A stretch of 64,000 nucleotides of DNA from Candidatus Omnitrophota bacterium. GTDB lineage: Bacteria > Omnitrophota > Gorgyraeia > Gygaellales > Profunditerraquicolaceae. The stretch's first letter is position 1. Each line of letters opens with the position of its first letter. The position numbers and the translations under genes are program-made. The stretch lies in NCBI GenBank assembly GCA_903852325.1, contig CAINQO010000035.1, positions 34,117 through 98,116 of the forward strand. Direction: 5' to 3'. Positions 25,975 to 34,569 of this stretch are shown here, piece by piece. The notes below the pieces were generated by a model. That model made no database searches. It saw only the letters and a program-made list of their open reading frames with translations, and had not been told where the DNA came from.

Positions 25975-26517
25975 ATGCCCTGGGAATCCCTCAATCAAGA
26001 CCTAAAAACACGTTTCAGCAAGATCCGCCTCCTGCTTTTGGATGTGGACGGGGTTTTAACCGACGGCCGGATCGTTTATGATTCCCGGCGCCGCGACTCT
26101 AAATTTTTCGACGTGCATGACGGCCTGGGGGTTTATGTCTTGCATAAATTCGGGATCAATACGATCCTGATTACCGCCAAGAATTCCAAAGCGATCGCCC
26201 CGCGCTCTAAGGATATGCGGGTGGTGGAGGTTTTTGCGGGGATCACCCCTAAAAGCATGGTTTTAGATAGGATCCTCAAGAAATACGGGGTGGAAAAAGA
26301 GGCGGTTTGTTTTATGGGGGATGACCTGGTGGATCTGTCCCTGATGCGCAAGATCGGCCTTCCGGTGGCTCCCGCCAATGCCCGGGAAGAAGTCAAGGAG
26401 GCAGCAGTGTATGTCACCAGCTGTTCCGGCGGCAGGGGAGCGGTCCGGGAAGTGGCGGAGTTGATCCTGAAATCCCAGGATAAATGGAAAGATGTTTTAA
26501 AACTTTATGAAGCATAA
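25975..26517 (+). CDS. kdsC: Kdo-8-phosphate phosphatase (HAD-IIIA)
   Basis: LLLDVDGVLTDGRIVYDS, FMGDDLVDL. 180 aa. Confidence 0.85.
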   Translation: MPWESLNQDLKTRFSKIRLLLLDVDGVLTDGRIVYDSRRRDSKFFDVHDGLGVYVLHKFGINTILITAKNSKAIAPRSKDMRVVEVFAGITPKSMVLDRILKKYGVEKEAVCFMGDDLVDLSLMRKIGLPVAPANAREEVKEAAVYVTSCSGGRGAVREVAELILKSQDKWKDVLKLYEA

Positions 26518-27403
26518 AGATTTAGTTTTAACTTTTGTATTTTTATTCTTTGCCTGCGGTTCCTTGTTTGCGGCGGTAGAAGTCAAGGATCCCGGTGAAT
26601 CTGCCGGACAGGTGGGGGATTTTTCCCTTGCTGGTTTCGGGGACAAAGGAAAGAAAGCCTGGGACCTGGCGGGTAAATCCGCCAATATTTTCACCGATGT
26701 GGTTAAATTGCAGAAAGTCGTCGGTAATGATTACGCCCTCACCGATACGATCAACCTTACCGCCGATAACGGGGACTTTAACAAGAAAAGCGGCCTGGTG
26801 CATTTGCAGGACAATGTCGTCATCACTACCGCCAGCGGCGCCAAGATGACTACCGATACCCTGGATTGGGACAGGAAGCAGCAGATCGTCAAGACCTTGG
26901 ACAGGGTCAATCTGGCCAAGCAGGATATGAACCTTTCCGGCCAAGGCGCCCAGGGAAAGACGGAATTAAAGCAAATCAAGCTGGAAAAAGATGTGCGCCT
27001 GGATATTCAGACCCTGGATAAGCAGGTGAACAAAAAAGAAAAGATCGTCATTACCTGCGACGGGCCGCTGGACGTCGATTATGAAAAAAATATTGCCATA
27101 TTCAATAATAATGTTAAAGTAGAAAAGCCGGATATGACCATTTACAGCGATAAAATGGAAGTTTTTTTTACCCCTAAAGAGCAGCCGGCGCAGCCTAAAA
27201 CGCCTGCTCCCGGGATGGCGGCGCTCTCCAGTTCCGTGGATCGGATCGTCGCTTCGGGGAATGTGCGCATCGTGCGGGGGGAGAATACTTCTTTCAGCCA
27301 GCAGGCAATTTATACCGCCGCGGATAAAAAAATCACTTTGACCGGAAAGCCGCAAATTATCATTTACCAGACGGAGAACGCGAATGCAGCTTTTGGAAAC
27401 TAA
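26507..27403 (+). CDS. LptC/LptA-family (OstA-like beta-jellyroll) LPS transport protein, N-terminally anchored
   Basis: Signal/anchor [17 protein letters not shown], then two OstA-like repeat regions ([24 protein letters not shown] and [37 protein letters not shown]). 298 aa, so possibly a combined LptC plus LptA function. Confidence 0.6.
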   Translation: MKHKDLVLTFVFLFFACGSLFAAVEVKDPGESAGQVGDFSLAGFGDKGKKAWDLAGKSANIFTDVVKLQKVVGNDYALTDTINLTADNGDFNKKSGLVHLQDNVVITTASGAKMTTDTLDWDRKQQIVKTLDRVNLAKQDMNLSGQGAQGKTELKQIKLEKDVRLDIQTLDKQVNKKEKIVITCDGPLDVDYEKNIAIFNNNVKVEKPDMTIYSDKMEVFFTPKEQPAQPKTPAPGMAALSSSVDRIVASGNVRIVRGENTSFSQQAIYTAADKKITLTGKPQIIIYQTENANAAFGN

Positions 27404-28106
27404 GGGCCTGGCTAAATCCTATGACGGTCGCTGGGTGGTTAAGGGCGTGGATATCACGGTCAAGCGCGGGGAGATCGTCGGGCTTTTAGGCCCCAACGGA
27501 GCCGGCAAGACTACTACTTTTTATATGATCGTCGGGATCGTCCCCCCCAACAAGGGCACGATCGTTTTTGATAACCATGAAATCACCCGGATGGCGATCC
27601 ACGAGCGGGCGCGTTTCGGGATCGGCTATCTTGCCCAGGAACCCTCGATATTCCGGAAACTGACCGTGGAAGAAAATATCAACGCGATCCTGGAGACTTT
27701 GCCTTTGAGCCGCGCGCAGAGAAAAAACCGGCTGGCGTTTTTGCTGGAGGAGTTGAATATCGCGCACCTGGCAAAGCATAAAGCCTACACTTTAAGCGGC
27801 GGAGAGAGAAGGCGCCTGGAGATCACCCGGGCGCTGGTGACCAATCCTTCTTTTATCCTGCTGGATGAACCTTTCAGCGGGATCGACCCGATCGTCGTCA
27901 ATGAAGCGCAGGAGATCATTAAGGAATTAAAGGCCAAAGGCCTGGGTATTCTTTTGACCGACCATAATGTGCGGGAGACCCTGGCGATCACCGACCGGGC
28001 GTATTTAATTTCCGAAGGGGCGATCCTTATTTCCGGATCCGCGGAGGAGCTGATTAATCACCCTCAGGCCCGCCAGGTTTATTTAGGTGAGAAGTTTAGG
28101 ATGTAA
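27384..28106 (+). CDS. lptB: LPS export ABC transporter ATP-binding protein
   Basis: Walker [12 protein letters not shown], signature [11 protein letters not shown], Walker B ILLDEP. 240 aa. Confidence 0.9.
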   Translation: MQLLETKGLAKSYDGRWVVKGVDITVKRGEIVGLLGPNGAGKTTTFYMIVGIVPPNKGTIVFDNHEITRMAIHERARFGIGYLAQEPSIFRKLTVEENINAILETLPLSRAQRKNRLAFLLEELNIAHLAKHKAYTLSGGERRRLEITRALVTNPSFILLDEPFSGIDPIVVNEAQEIIKELKAKGLGILLTDHNVRETLAITDRAYLISEGAILISGSAEELINHPQARQVYLGEKFRM

Positions 28107-28248
28107 CCCCGCACCTTCTTCTGTATTCGGAAGAAAAACGGATTGATTAAAGGCGCGGGACAATAATAACCATGGTCATTTCTTTAAACATCAAGGTTCA
28201 AAGCTTAGATGCAGGGAATGATATAATTAAGAAAGAAGGTGCGGGGTG
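28107..28248 (+). promoter_or_regulatory. Leader element copy C (CCCCGCACCTTCTTC ... AAGAAGGTGCGGGGTG) upstream of tig, with a 25-codon uORF
   Basis: The 5' arm begins at the first nt after the lptB TAA. The uORF at 28173..28250 ends with TGA overlapping the tig GTG (GGTGA). Confidence 0.6.
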
Positions 28249-29133
28249 AAAACCGAAGTTAAGAAATTAGACGGAACTAAACGTGAAATTAATGTCGCCG
28301 TGACCGGCGACTTGGTCAAAAATAAATTTGAAGAAGTTTTCGCACAGGTCGCCAAAGAAGCCAAGGTCCCGGGTTTTCGCCCGGGAAAAGCGCCCCGGGA
28401 TCTTCTGGAAAAGCATTACGGTTCCAGCGTCCATGAGCAGGTGTTAAAGGAGCTGGTCCCGGATGTGTATAACCAGGCGGTCGCGGCGGAAAAACTCGAT
28501 GTCATTGAGCTGCCCCAGATCACCGATGTGCAGCTGGATCGGGCCAGCCTTTCTTTTAAAGCGGTCGTGGAGGTCAGCCCGGAAATTACGCTGAAGAATT
28601 ATAAAAACCAGGTAATTAATTATAAGCTGCCGGTTGTTTCCGCGGATGAAGTGAAACGCCAGATCGACTCGGTCAAGGAATCGCGTAAGGCCGAAAACCT
28701 GGATGATAAATTCGCCCGCTCCCTGGGTTATCCTGATTTAGGGGAATTGGAAAAAGCGGTGGAAAGACAGATCTTTCTTACCAAGGAGAATCAGGAACGC
28801 CAGCGGATTGAAAATGAATTAATCGAAAATATTACCAAAGGGGTGGAATTTAAGCTGCCGCAAGGATTGGTGGACCGGCAGGTTCAGGATATGCTGCGGC
28901 AGACCAAGATCGATTTGGCGATGAAAGGGCTGCCCCGGGAGAAGATCGACGCGCAGGATAAATTGCTTTTAGAGGGGATCGAACCGGAAGCAAAAAAGCA
29001 GGTCAAGATTTACCTGATCCTGGCGCAGATCGCGAAAAAAGAGAATATCGCCATCGACGACCATATGCCGCGCAAGGTGATGGAGTTTCTGCTGGGTGAA
29101 GCAGAGTGGAAGGCTGCACAAGAGAATAAATAG
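28246..29133 (+). CDS. tig: Trigger factor lacking the central FKBP/PPIase domain
   Basis: N-terminal ribosome-binding domain (MKTEVKKLDGTKREINVAV..., GFRPGKAP signature) joined directly to the C-terminal chaperone arm. 295 aa versus about 430 typical. GTG start. Confidence 0.8.
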   Translation: MKTEVKKLDGTKREINVAVTGDLVKNKFEEVFAQVAKEAKVPGFRPGKAPRDLLEKHYGSSVHEQVLKELVPDVYNQAVAAEKLDVIELPQITDVQLDRASLSFKAVVEVSPEITLKNYKNQVINYKLPVVSADEVKRQIDSVKESRKAENLDDKFARSLGYPDLGELEKAVERQIFLTKENQERQRIENELIENITKGVEFKLPQGLVDRQVQDMLRQTKIDLAMKGLPREKIDAQDKLLLEGIEPEAKKQVKIYLILAQIAKKENIAIDDHMPRKVMEFLLGEAEWKAAQENK

Positions 29134-29152
29134 CGGTATTCATGTTGATTAG

Positions 29153-29260
29153 CTCCGCGCCTAAGCCTTGGATGTTACGCTTAGCATATATTCGAATATT
29201 GTAACGCGCGGAGTAAATTAAAAATTACCACTTATTATAAATAATTTTAAATTTAAGGAG
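29153..29260 (+). promoter_or_regulatory. Conserved structured element upstream of clpP (copy 1 of 2; second copy upstream of queH)
   Basis: 8-bp stem CTCCGCGC/GCGCGGAG enclosing CTAAGCCT..GTTACG..ATATATTCGAATATTGTAAC, then GTAAATTAAAAATTACCACTTATTATAAATAATTTT and the clpP RBS. Confidence 0.6.
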
Positions 29261-29266
29261 GCAAAA

Positions 29267-29881
29267 ATGGATATTAAGAACCAAATATTGGTCCCGATGG
29301 TTATTGAGCAGAACCCGCGCGGTTTTGAACGCGCATACGATATTTACTCGCGCCTGCTTAAGGACCGGATCCTGTTCATCGGCACCCCCATCGACGATTA
29401 TGTCGCTAATTTAGTGATCGCCCAGCTTCTTTTCCTGCAAATGGAGGACAAAGATAAAGATATTAATATCTATATCAATTCTCCCGGGGGTTCGGTAACC
29501 GCGGGCCTGGCAATTTATGACACGATGCAATTTATCAAATGCGATGTGGCCACCTATTGCGTGGGCCAGGCAGCCAGCATGGGGGCGGTATTACTGGCGG
29601 CGGGAAGAAAAGGAAAACGTTTCGTGCTCCCCAATTCCCGGGTAATGATCCATCAGCCCTGGGGAGGGGTGCAGGGAGCGGCCTCGGATATTTCCATCCA
29701 GGCCAAAGAGATCTTAAAGCTGCGCGATCGGCTCAATGAAATCCTGGCGCACCATACCGGCCAGCCGCTGGAAAAAATACAAAAGGACACGGACAGGGAT
29801 TATTTTATGTCCGCTCAGGAATCCAAAGATTACGGTTTGGTCGATGAAGTGATCTTGCCGGAAACACCGAAAAAGAATTAA
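29267..29881 (+). CDS. clpP: ATP-dependent Clp protease proteolytic subunit
   Basis: Catalytic Ser context [20 protein letters not shown]...[14 protein letters not shown] and His MIHQPWGG. 204 aa. No clpX follows. Confidence 0.95.
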   Translation: MDIKNQILVPMVIEQNPRGFERAYDIYSRLLKDRILFIGTPIDDYVANLVIAQLLFLQMEDKDKDINIYINSPGGSVTAGLAIYDTMQFIKCDVATYCVGQAASMGAVLLAAGRKGKRFVLPNSRVMIHQPWGGVQGAASDISIQAKEILKLRDRLNEILAHHTGQPLEKIQKDTDRDYFMSAQESKDYGLVDEVILPETPKKN

Positions 29882-29898
29882 AATATAACTAAAAGAAG

Positions 29899-29910
29899 CG
29901 ACAATTGTCG
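29899..29910. promoter_or_regulatory. Perfect 12-bp palindrome CGACAATTGTCG upstream of serC (candidate operator)
   Basis: Located 27 nt upstream of the ATG at 29937. Same architecture as the ATATTCGAATAT palindrome. Confidence 0.3.
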
Positions 29911-29936
29911 ACGATCATTATCAGGAGAGATATAAA

Positions 29937-31076
29937 ATGAAGAAAGAGTACTTATTGACCCCGGGTCCTACCCCTTTACCGCCGCAGGTCAGCCTGGCCA
30001 TGGCCAAACCGATCATTCATCATCGCACTCCGCAGTTCCAGGAGATCCTGAAGGAGGCCAGCGCCGGATTAAAATGGGCTTTCCAGACGGCTAACGACGT
30101 TTTTATTATTTCTGCATCGGGTACCGGAGCGATGGAAGCGGCGGTGGTCAATCTGCTTTCCTGCGGGGATGCCGCGTTAGTAGTCCAGGGCGGTAAATTC
30201 GGCGAAAGATGGACGGAGCTTTGCAAGGCTTACGGGATCAAGGCTGAGGTTGTTGACGTGGAATGGGGCAAAGCGGTCAGCCCGGAGGAGATTGCTAAAA
30301 GATTGAAAGCCAATCCGCAGATCAAGGCGGTATTTGCCACTTTATGCGAAACTTCCACCGGCGTGGACAATGATATCCAGGCGATTGCCGCCGTGGTCAA
30401 GCAGACTCCGGCAGTTTTAGCGGTGGACGCGATCAGCGGCCTGGGAGCGGTCGATCTTAAAACCGATGCCTGGGGGGTGGATGTGGTAGTGGCCGGTTCG
30501 CAGAAAGGCCTGATGCTTCCTCCGGGGCTAGGGTTTATTTCTTTAAGCGCCAAGGCCTGGAAATTGGTCGAGGAGTCCAAAACCGGCCGGTATTACCTTG
30601 ATTTGAGAAAAGCGAAAAAAGCCCTGGATAAAAATGATACGCCGTTTACTTCCGGGATCACCTTGATCATCGCTTTAAATGAAGCTTTAAAATTAATGCA
30701 GGCCGACGGCCTGGAAAACATATTTAAGCGCCACCGGGTAATGGCGGATGCCACCCGCGCCGCGGTTAAGGCTTTGGGGATGGAGCTGTTTGCCCCCACC
30801 GCTGCTTCTGACGGGGTTACCGCGGCTAAGGTGCCTGCCGGCCTTGACGGGGAAAAATTGGTCAAGACTATGCGGGATACTTACGGGGTAACCATTGCCG
30901 GCGGACAGGAAGAGCTTAAGGGCAAAGTCATCCGCATCGCGCATATGGGTTATATCGCCGAATCTGATATTATTTTAGGGATAACCTGCCTGGAAAAAGT
31001 CCTGGCCCAGATGGGCTATAAATTCAACTTAGGGGCAGGGGTCAAGGCAGCGGAAGAGGTATTTTTGAAGGGCTAA
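29937..31076 (+). CDS. Class V aminotransferase (AGXT/SPT family), probable phosphoserine aminotransferase
   Basis: LLTPGPTPLPPQV...ISASGTGAMEAAVVNLL...GSQKGLMLPPGLGF (PLP-Lys context). Directly upstream of serA. 379 aa. Confidence 0.75.
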   Translation: MKKEYLLTPGPTPLPPQVSLAMAKPIIHHRTPQFQEILKEASAGLKWAFQTANDVFIISASGTGAMEAAVVNLLSCGDAALVVQGGKFGERWTELCKAYGIKAEVVDVEWGKAVSPEEIAKRLKANPQIKAVFATLCETSTGVDNDIQAIAAVVKQTPAVLAVDAISGLGAVDLKTDAWGVDVVVAGSQKGLMLPPGLGFISLSAKAWKLVEESKTGRYYLDLRKAKKALDKNDTPFTSGITLIIALNEALKLMQADGLENIFKRHRVMADATRAAVKALGMELFAPTAASDGVTAAKVPAGLDGEKLVKTMRDTYGVTIAGGQEELKGKVIRIAHMGYIAESDIILGITCLEKVLAQMGYKFNLGAGVKAAEEVFLKG

Positions 31077-31091
31077 ATTTAGAGAAAGAGC

Positions 31092-31219
31092 AAATCCTAG
31101 GCACTAAATCCTAAACTCTAAACAAACTCAAAAAATTTAAACTCAAAACCCGAAACATGGGTTTGGAGTTTTGGATTTTGGATTTGTTTAGGATTTAGAG
31201 TTTAGTGTTTAGAGTTTAG
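31092..31219. repeat. Long imperfect hairpin built from inverted heptamer tandem repeats (CTAAAYN x3 ... NGTTTAG x4) between serC and serA
   Basis: The left arm CTAAATC CTAAACT CTAAACA AACTCAAAA...AAACCC and loop GAAACAT precede the right arm GGGTTTGGAGTTTTGGATTTTGGATTTGTTTAG GATTTAG AGTTTAG TGTTTAG AGTTTAG. The arms are A/C-rich versus G/T-rich. Confidence 0.5.
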
Positions 31220-31240
31220 AATAATAATGAGGGGTGAGAG

Positions 31241-32827
31241 ATGATCAAAGTTTTAGTCAGTGATGCGTTAAGCCAGGAAGGGCTCAAAATATTCAATGAT
31301 TGCAAAGAGCTTACCGTAGATGTCAAGACGGATTTAAAACCCGATGCGCTCAAAGAAATCATCAAGGATTATGACGCTTTGGTGGTCCGCAGTGCGACCA
31401 AGGTGACCAAGGAAATAATCCAGGCCGCCGAAAAACTAAAAGTGATCGGCCGGGCCGGAGTAGGTTTGGATAATGTGGATCTGGAAGCGGCGACCGCCAA
31501 AGGGATCATCGTTATGAACACCCCGGCGGGAAACACGATCTCTACCGCCGAACATACCTTCAGCATGATCCTGACCTTATCCCGGAATATCGCCCAGGCA
31601 AACGCCTCGATGAAGAAGGGGGAATGGAAACGTTCCAAATTCATGGGGGTGGAATTATACAATAAGGTTTTGGGGATCGTTGGGTTCGGCCGGATCGGTT
31701 CGGAGGTGGCTAAGCGCGCGCTTTCATTCGGAATGAAGGTGTTGGCGTATGACCCGTTTTTATCTGCCCAGGTTGCCGAGAGCATCGGGGTGGAGATTGC
31801 CGAATTGAAGAAGGTACTGCAGGAATCCGACTATATTACCGTGCACACTCCTTTAACCGAAGAAACCAGGCACATGATTTCGGATAAAGAATTCGCTTTA
31901 ATGAAAAAGAATGTGCGCATCGTCAATTGCGCCCGCGGCGGGATCATCGACGAACTGGCTTTAGTCAAAGCGGTTAAAGAAGGTAAGGTTTCCGGAGCGG
32001 CGATGGATGTTTTTGAAAATGAACCGCTGGCCGCCGACAGTGAACTTTTGAAGCTGGATAACGTGATTACTACTCCGCATCTAGGGGCTTCTACCGAAGA
32101 GGCGCAGATCAATGTCGCCATCGAAGTGGCGGAGATCGTGCGCGACGCGCTCCTGGGCCGGGGGATCCGTAACGCCGCCAATTATCCCTGCTTAGAAGCG
32201 GAGGTGTGCAAGATCCTTAATCCCTACATTAACCTGGCGGAAAAACTGGGGATGTTCAGCGCCCAGCTGGTTGAGGGCCGGTTCCAGGAATTAGTGATCA
32301 ACTATAGCGGACAGATCACTAAGTATGATTTAAGTTCGGTAACCATGGCCCTGGCCAAAGGACTGCTTACCCCGATATTAAAAGAGACGGTTAATTTCGT
32401 TAACGGCATCTCTTTGCTCAAAGAAAGAGGGATAAAGCTGCGCGAATCGAAATCCGCGGAAGAAGGAGAGTTCGTTAATCTTATTCAGTTGGAAATTAAG
32501 ACCGACAAAGAAAGCAAATCGGTTTGCGGGACCCTTTCCAGCAATAAGCAGCCCCGTATCGTAAAAATCGACGATTATTACCTGGAATTATACCCGATCG
32601 GAGAAATGGTGTTTATCCGGAATTGGGATAAGCCGGGACTGATCGGAAGCCTGGGGACATTCATGGGTAAGAACGGGATCAATATCGCCGCAATGACCTT
32701 CGGCCGGGATAAACCGGGCGGAAAGGCGATCAGCGTGTTGAACGTGGATAGCCTGGTCAGCCAGGAGATCCTGGACAAGATCAGGGAATTGGAAAATATC
32801 CTCACTGCTAAAATAATCCGGACGTGA
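31241..32827 (+). CDS. serA: D-3-phosphoglycerate dehydrogenase (long form with ASB and ACT domains)
   Basis: NAD-binding GIVGFGRIGSEVAKRA, catalytic ...CARGGIIDE...HLGASTEEAQ, C-terminal ACT domain. 528 aa. Confidence 0.9.
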   Translation: MIKVLVSDALSQEGLKIFNDCKELTVDVKTDLKPDALKEIIKDYDALVVRSATKVTKEIIQAAEKLKVIGRAGVGLDNVDLEAATAKGIIVMNTPAGNTISTAEHTFSMILTLSRNIAQANASMKKGEWKRSKFMGVELYNKVLGIVGFGRIGSEVAKRALSFGMKVLAYDPFLSAQVAESIGVEIAELKKVLQESDYITVHTPLTEETRHMISDKEFALMKKNVRIVNCARGGIIDELALVKAVKEGKVSGAAMDVFENEPLAADSELLKLDNVITTPHLGASTEEAQINVAIEVAEIVRDALLGRGIRNAANYPCLEAEVCKILNPYINLAEKLGMFSAQLVEGRFQELVINYSGQITKYDLSSVTMALAKGLLTPILKETVNFVNGISLLKERGIKLRESKSAEEGEFVNLIQLEIKTDKESKSVCGTLSSNKQPRIVKIDDYYLELYPIGEMVFIRNWDKPGLIGSLGTFMGKNGINIAAMTFGRDKPGGKAISVLNVDSLVSQEILDKIRELENILTAKIIRT

Positions 32828-34569
32828 AAAGTCTTAAGTACTTATTCTTGATTTTCGGCTTTCTGGCTTCCTGCGCCGGCAGCTTGCACGCTAAGGAGAT
32901 CACCGTAGTTTACAGCGGCCAGACGCATGCCGCCCTTTACCCTTGCAGCTGCCCGATCCGCCAGGACGGGGGGTTGACCCGCCGGGGGACGTTGATCAAA
33001 GAATTAAAGAAGCAGTATCCGGGGATGCTGCTTTTGGATTCCGGAAATTTTACCGCCGGCGGAAGGATGGACGAATATACCTTGAACACCCGCCTGGATA
33101 TGCAGCGCTCCGAGGTCAATTATAAAGCCATGGAGCTGATGGGTTACGACGCGGTGGGGGTGGGTCCGGAAGAATTTAATTTCGGGAAAGAGTTTTTTTT
33201 AAAAAACGTCAAGAAAAATAATCCCGTTTACTTGAGCGCTAATTTATCGCTCCAGACCGTTGTTCCTTATCTCATTAAGGAGGTCGGGGGGGTGAAGGTG
33301 GCGGTCCTGGGGTTGACCGGCTTATCCGCCAAGCAAAAGGCGGAAGGGATAAAGATCGATCTTCCGGAGATCAGCGGATTGATCGATGACTTAAGGCTTA
33401 AACAGGGGGCGCAGGTCTTGATCATCCTGAGTACCCAGGGGGAACGCGAAGATTTAAAACTGGTTTCTAAAACCAAAGGCATCGATATCATTATTATCGG
33501 CGACCAGCCGCTGAAAGAAGACCCTTTGACTAAGGTTGATTCGACCTTCATGTTCCGTCCGGCCTGGCAGGGCCGCCAGCTGGGAAGGATAGCCATATCG
33601 GTAGAAAACGGGAAACTGGCCGGTTGCCGCCTGGAAGAATTGCCTTTGATCCCGGGAATAAGCGATGATCCGGAAATCGGCGCGATCGTGCCGGCCTGTT
33701 ATGCCGATGCTAACTGTAAAAATAAGGAGCAGGTGGGGATTTGCCAGAATGCCGGTGCGCCCAACGCCTCCTGCAGGTTCGACAAACCCAATAAAGTAAA
33801 TTTAACGCTCATCACCAGGAAAGATTGCCGCATCTGCAACACCGGGCCGGAGGTTTTACGGTTAAAGAATAAATTTCCCGGGCTTTCCGTGGAAAGCCTT
33901 GAGCTGACGGATAAAAAAGCGCGCTCCCTGGTTAAAGAATTAGAGATCACTACTTTGCCGGCTTTTATCCTGGAGAAAAAGATCGAAGAGGAGAATAATT
34001 TCGAGAGCGTTAAGGATGATCTGCTGCTTAAAGGTGATTTTTATCTATTAAAGCCGCAAGCCAGCGGGATCTCCAACTTTATCGACCAGGAAACAAAGCC
34101 GGGAAAATTCGATTTATTTTTCAGCCTGTTCGATAAAGACGCGCCGTTATTATTAGCTACCGTAAAAGAGTTTAACCCGGCGCTGCATTTTCTGGCCGAA
34201 GAAATAAAAGAGGGTTTTACCGCCGGACAGGGGACCGCTGAGGTGGAAGAGGATTTGCGCGCGGTATGCGTGCAGAAGATCTATCCGGAGAAATTCTGGG
34301 ATTATCTGGCTTGCCGGGCTAAAAATATCCAGAGCACTTACTGGCAGGATTGCCTGGGCGCGCAGGAAAGCCAAAATATTTCCGGATGCGCCAGGGGCCC
34401 GCAGGGGGCGCAGCTGCTTAGGGAAAATACCGGCCTGAATAAAAAATTACAGGTTTCCTTCGGGCCAAGCTATCTCGTGGACAACCAGGAGATTTTTTCC
34501 TCCCGGGGCGTTCCGTCAAAAGAGAGGTTAAAAGAAATATTACAAAAGAAGCAGGGGGATAAAAAATGA
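32824..34569 (+). CDS. Lipoprotein with an N-terminal degenerate metallophosphatase/5'-nucleotidase-like domain and a Cys-rich C-terminal region
   Basis: Lipobox LASCAG. YDAVGVGPEEFNFG in place of the usual GNHEFD motif. Cys-rich segments (CQNAGAPNASCRF, CRICNTG, C...C) follow in the C-terminal half. 581 aa. GTG start overlapping the serA TGA. Confidence 0.5.
   Translation: MKSLKYLFLIFGFLASCAGSLHAKEITVVYSGQTHAALYPCSCPIRQDGGLTRRGTLIKELKKQYPGMLLLDSGNFTAGGRMDEYTLNTRLDMQRSEVNYKAMELMGYDAVGVGPEEFNFGKEFFLKNVKKNNPVYLSANLSLQTVVPYLIKEVGGVKVAVLGLTGLSAKQKAEGIKIDLPEISGLIDDLRLKQGAQVLIILSTQGEREDLKLVSKTKGIDIIIIGDQPLKEDPLTKVDSTFMFRPAWQGRQLGRIAISVENGKLAGCRLEELPLIPGISDDPEIGAIVPACYADANCKNKEQVGICQNAGAPNASCRFDKPNKVNLTLITRKDCRICNTGPEVLRLKNKFPGLSVESLELTDKKARSLVKELEITTLPAFILEKKIEEENNFESVKDDLLLKGDFYLLKPQASGISNFIDQETKPGKFDLFFSLFDKDAPLLLATVKEFNPALHFLAEEIKEGFTAGQGTAEVEEDLRAVCVQKIYPEKFWDYLACRAKNIQSTYWQDCLGAQESQNISGCARGPQGAQLLRENTGLNKKLQVSFGPSYLVDNQEIFSSRGVPSKERLKEILQKKQGDKK

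Noticed and set aside
31092-31219. Possible CRISPR array (short direct repeats)
   Set aside because: The repeats are 7-nt, contiguous and without spacers, arranged as an inverted pair forming one hairpin. No cas genes are present. Not CRISPR.
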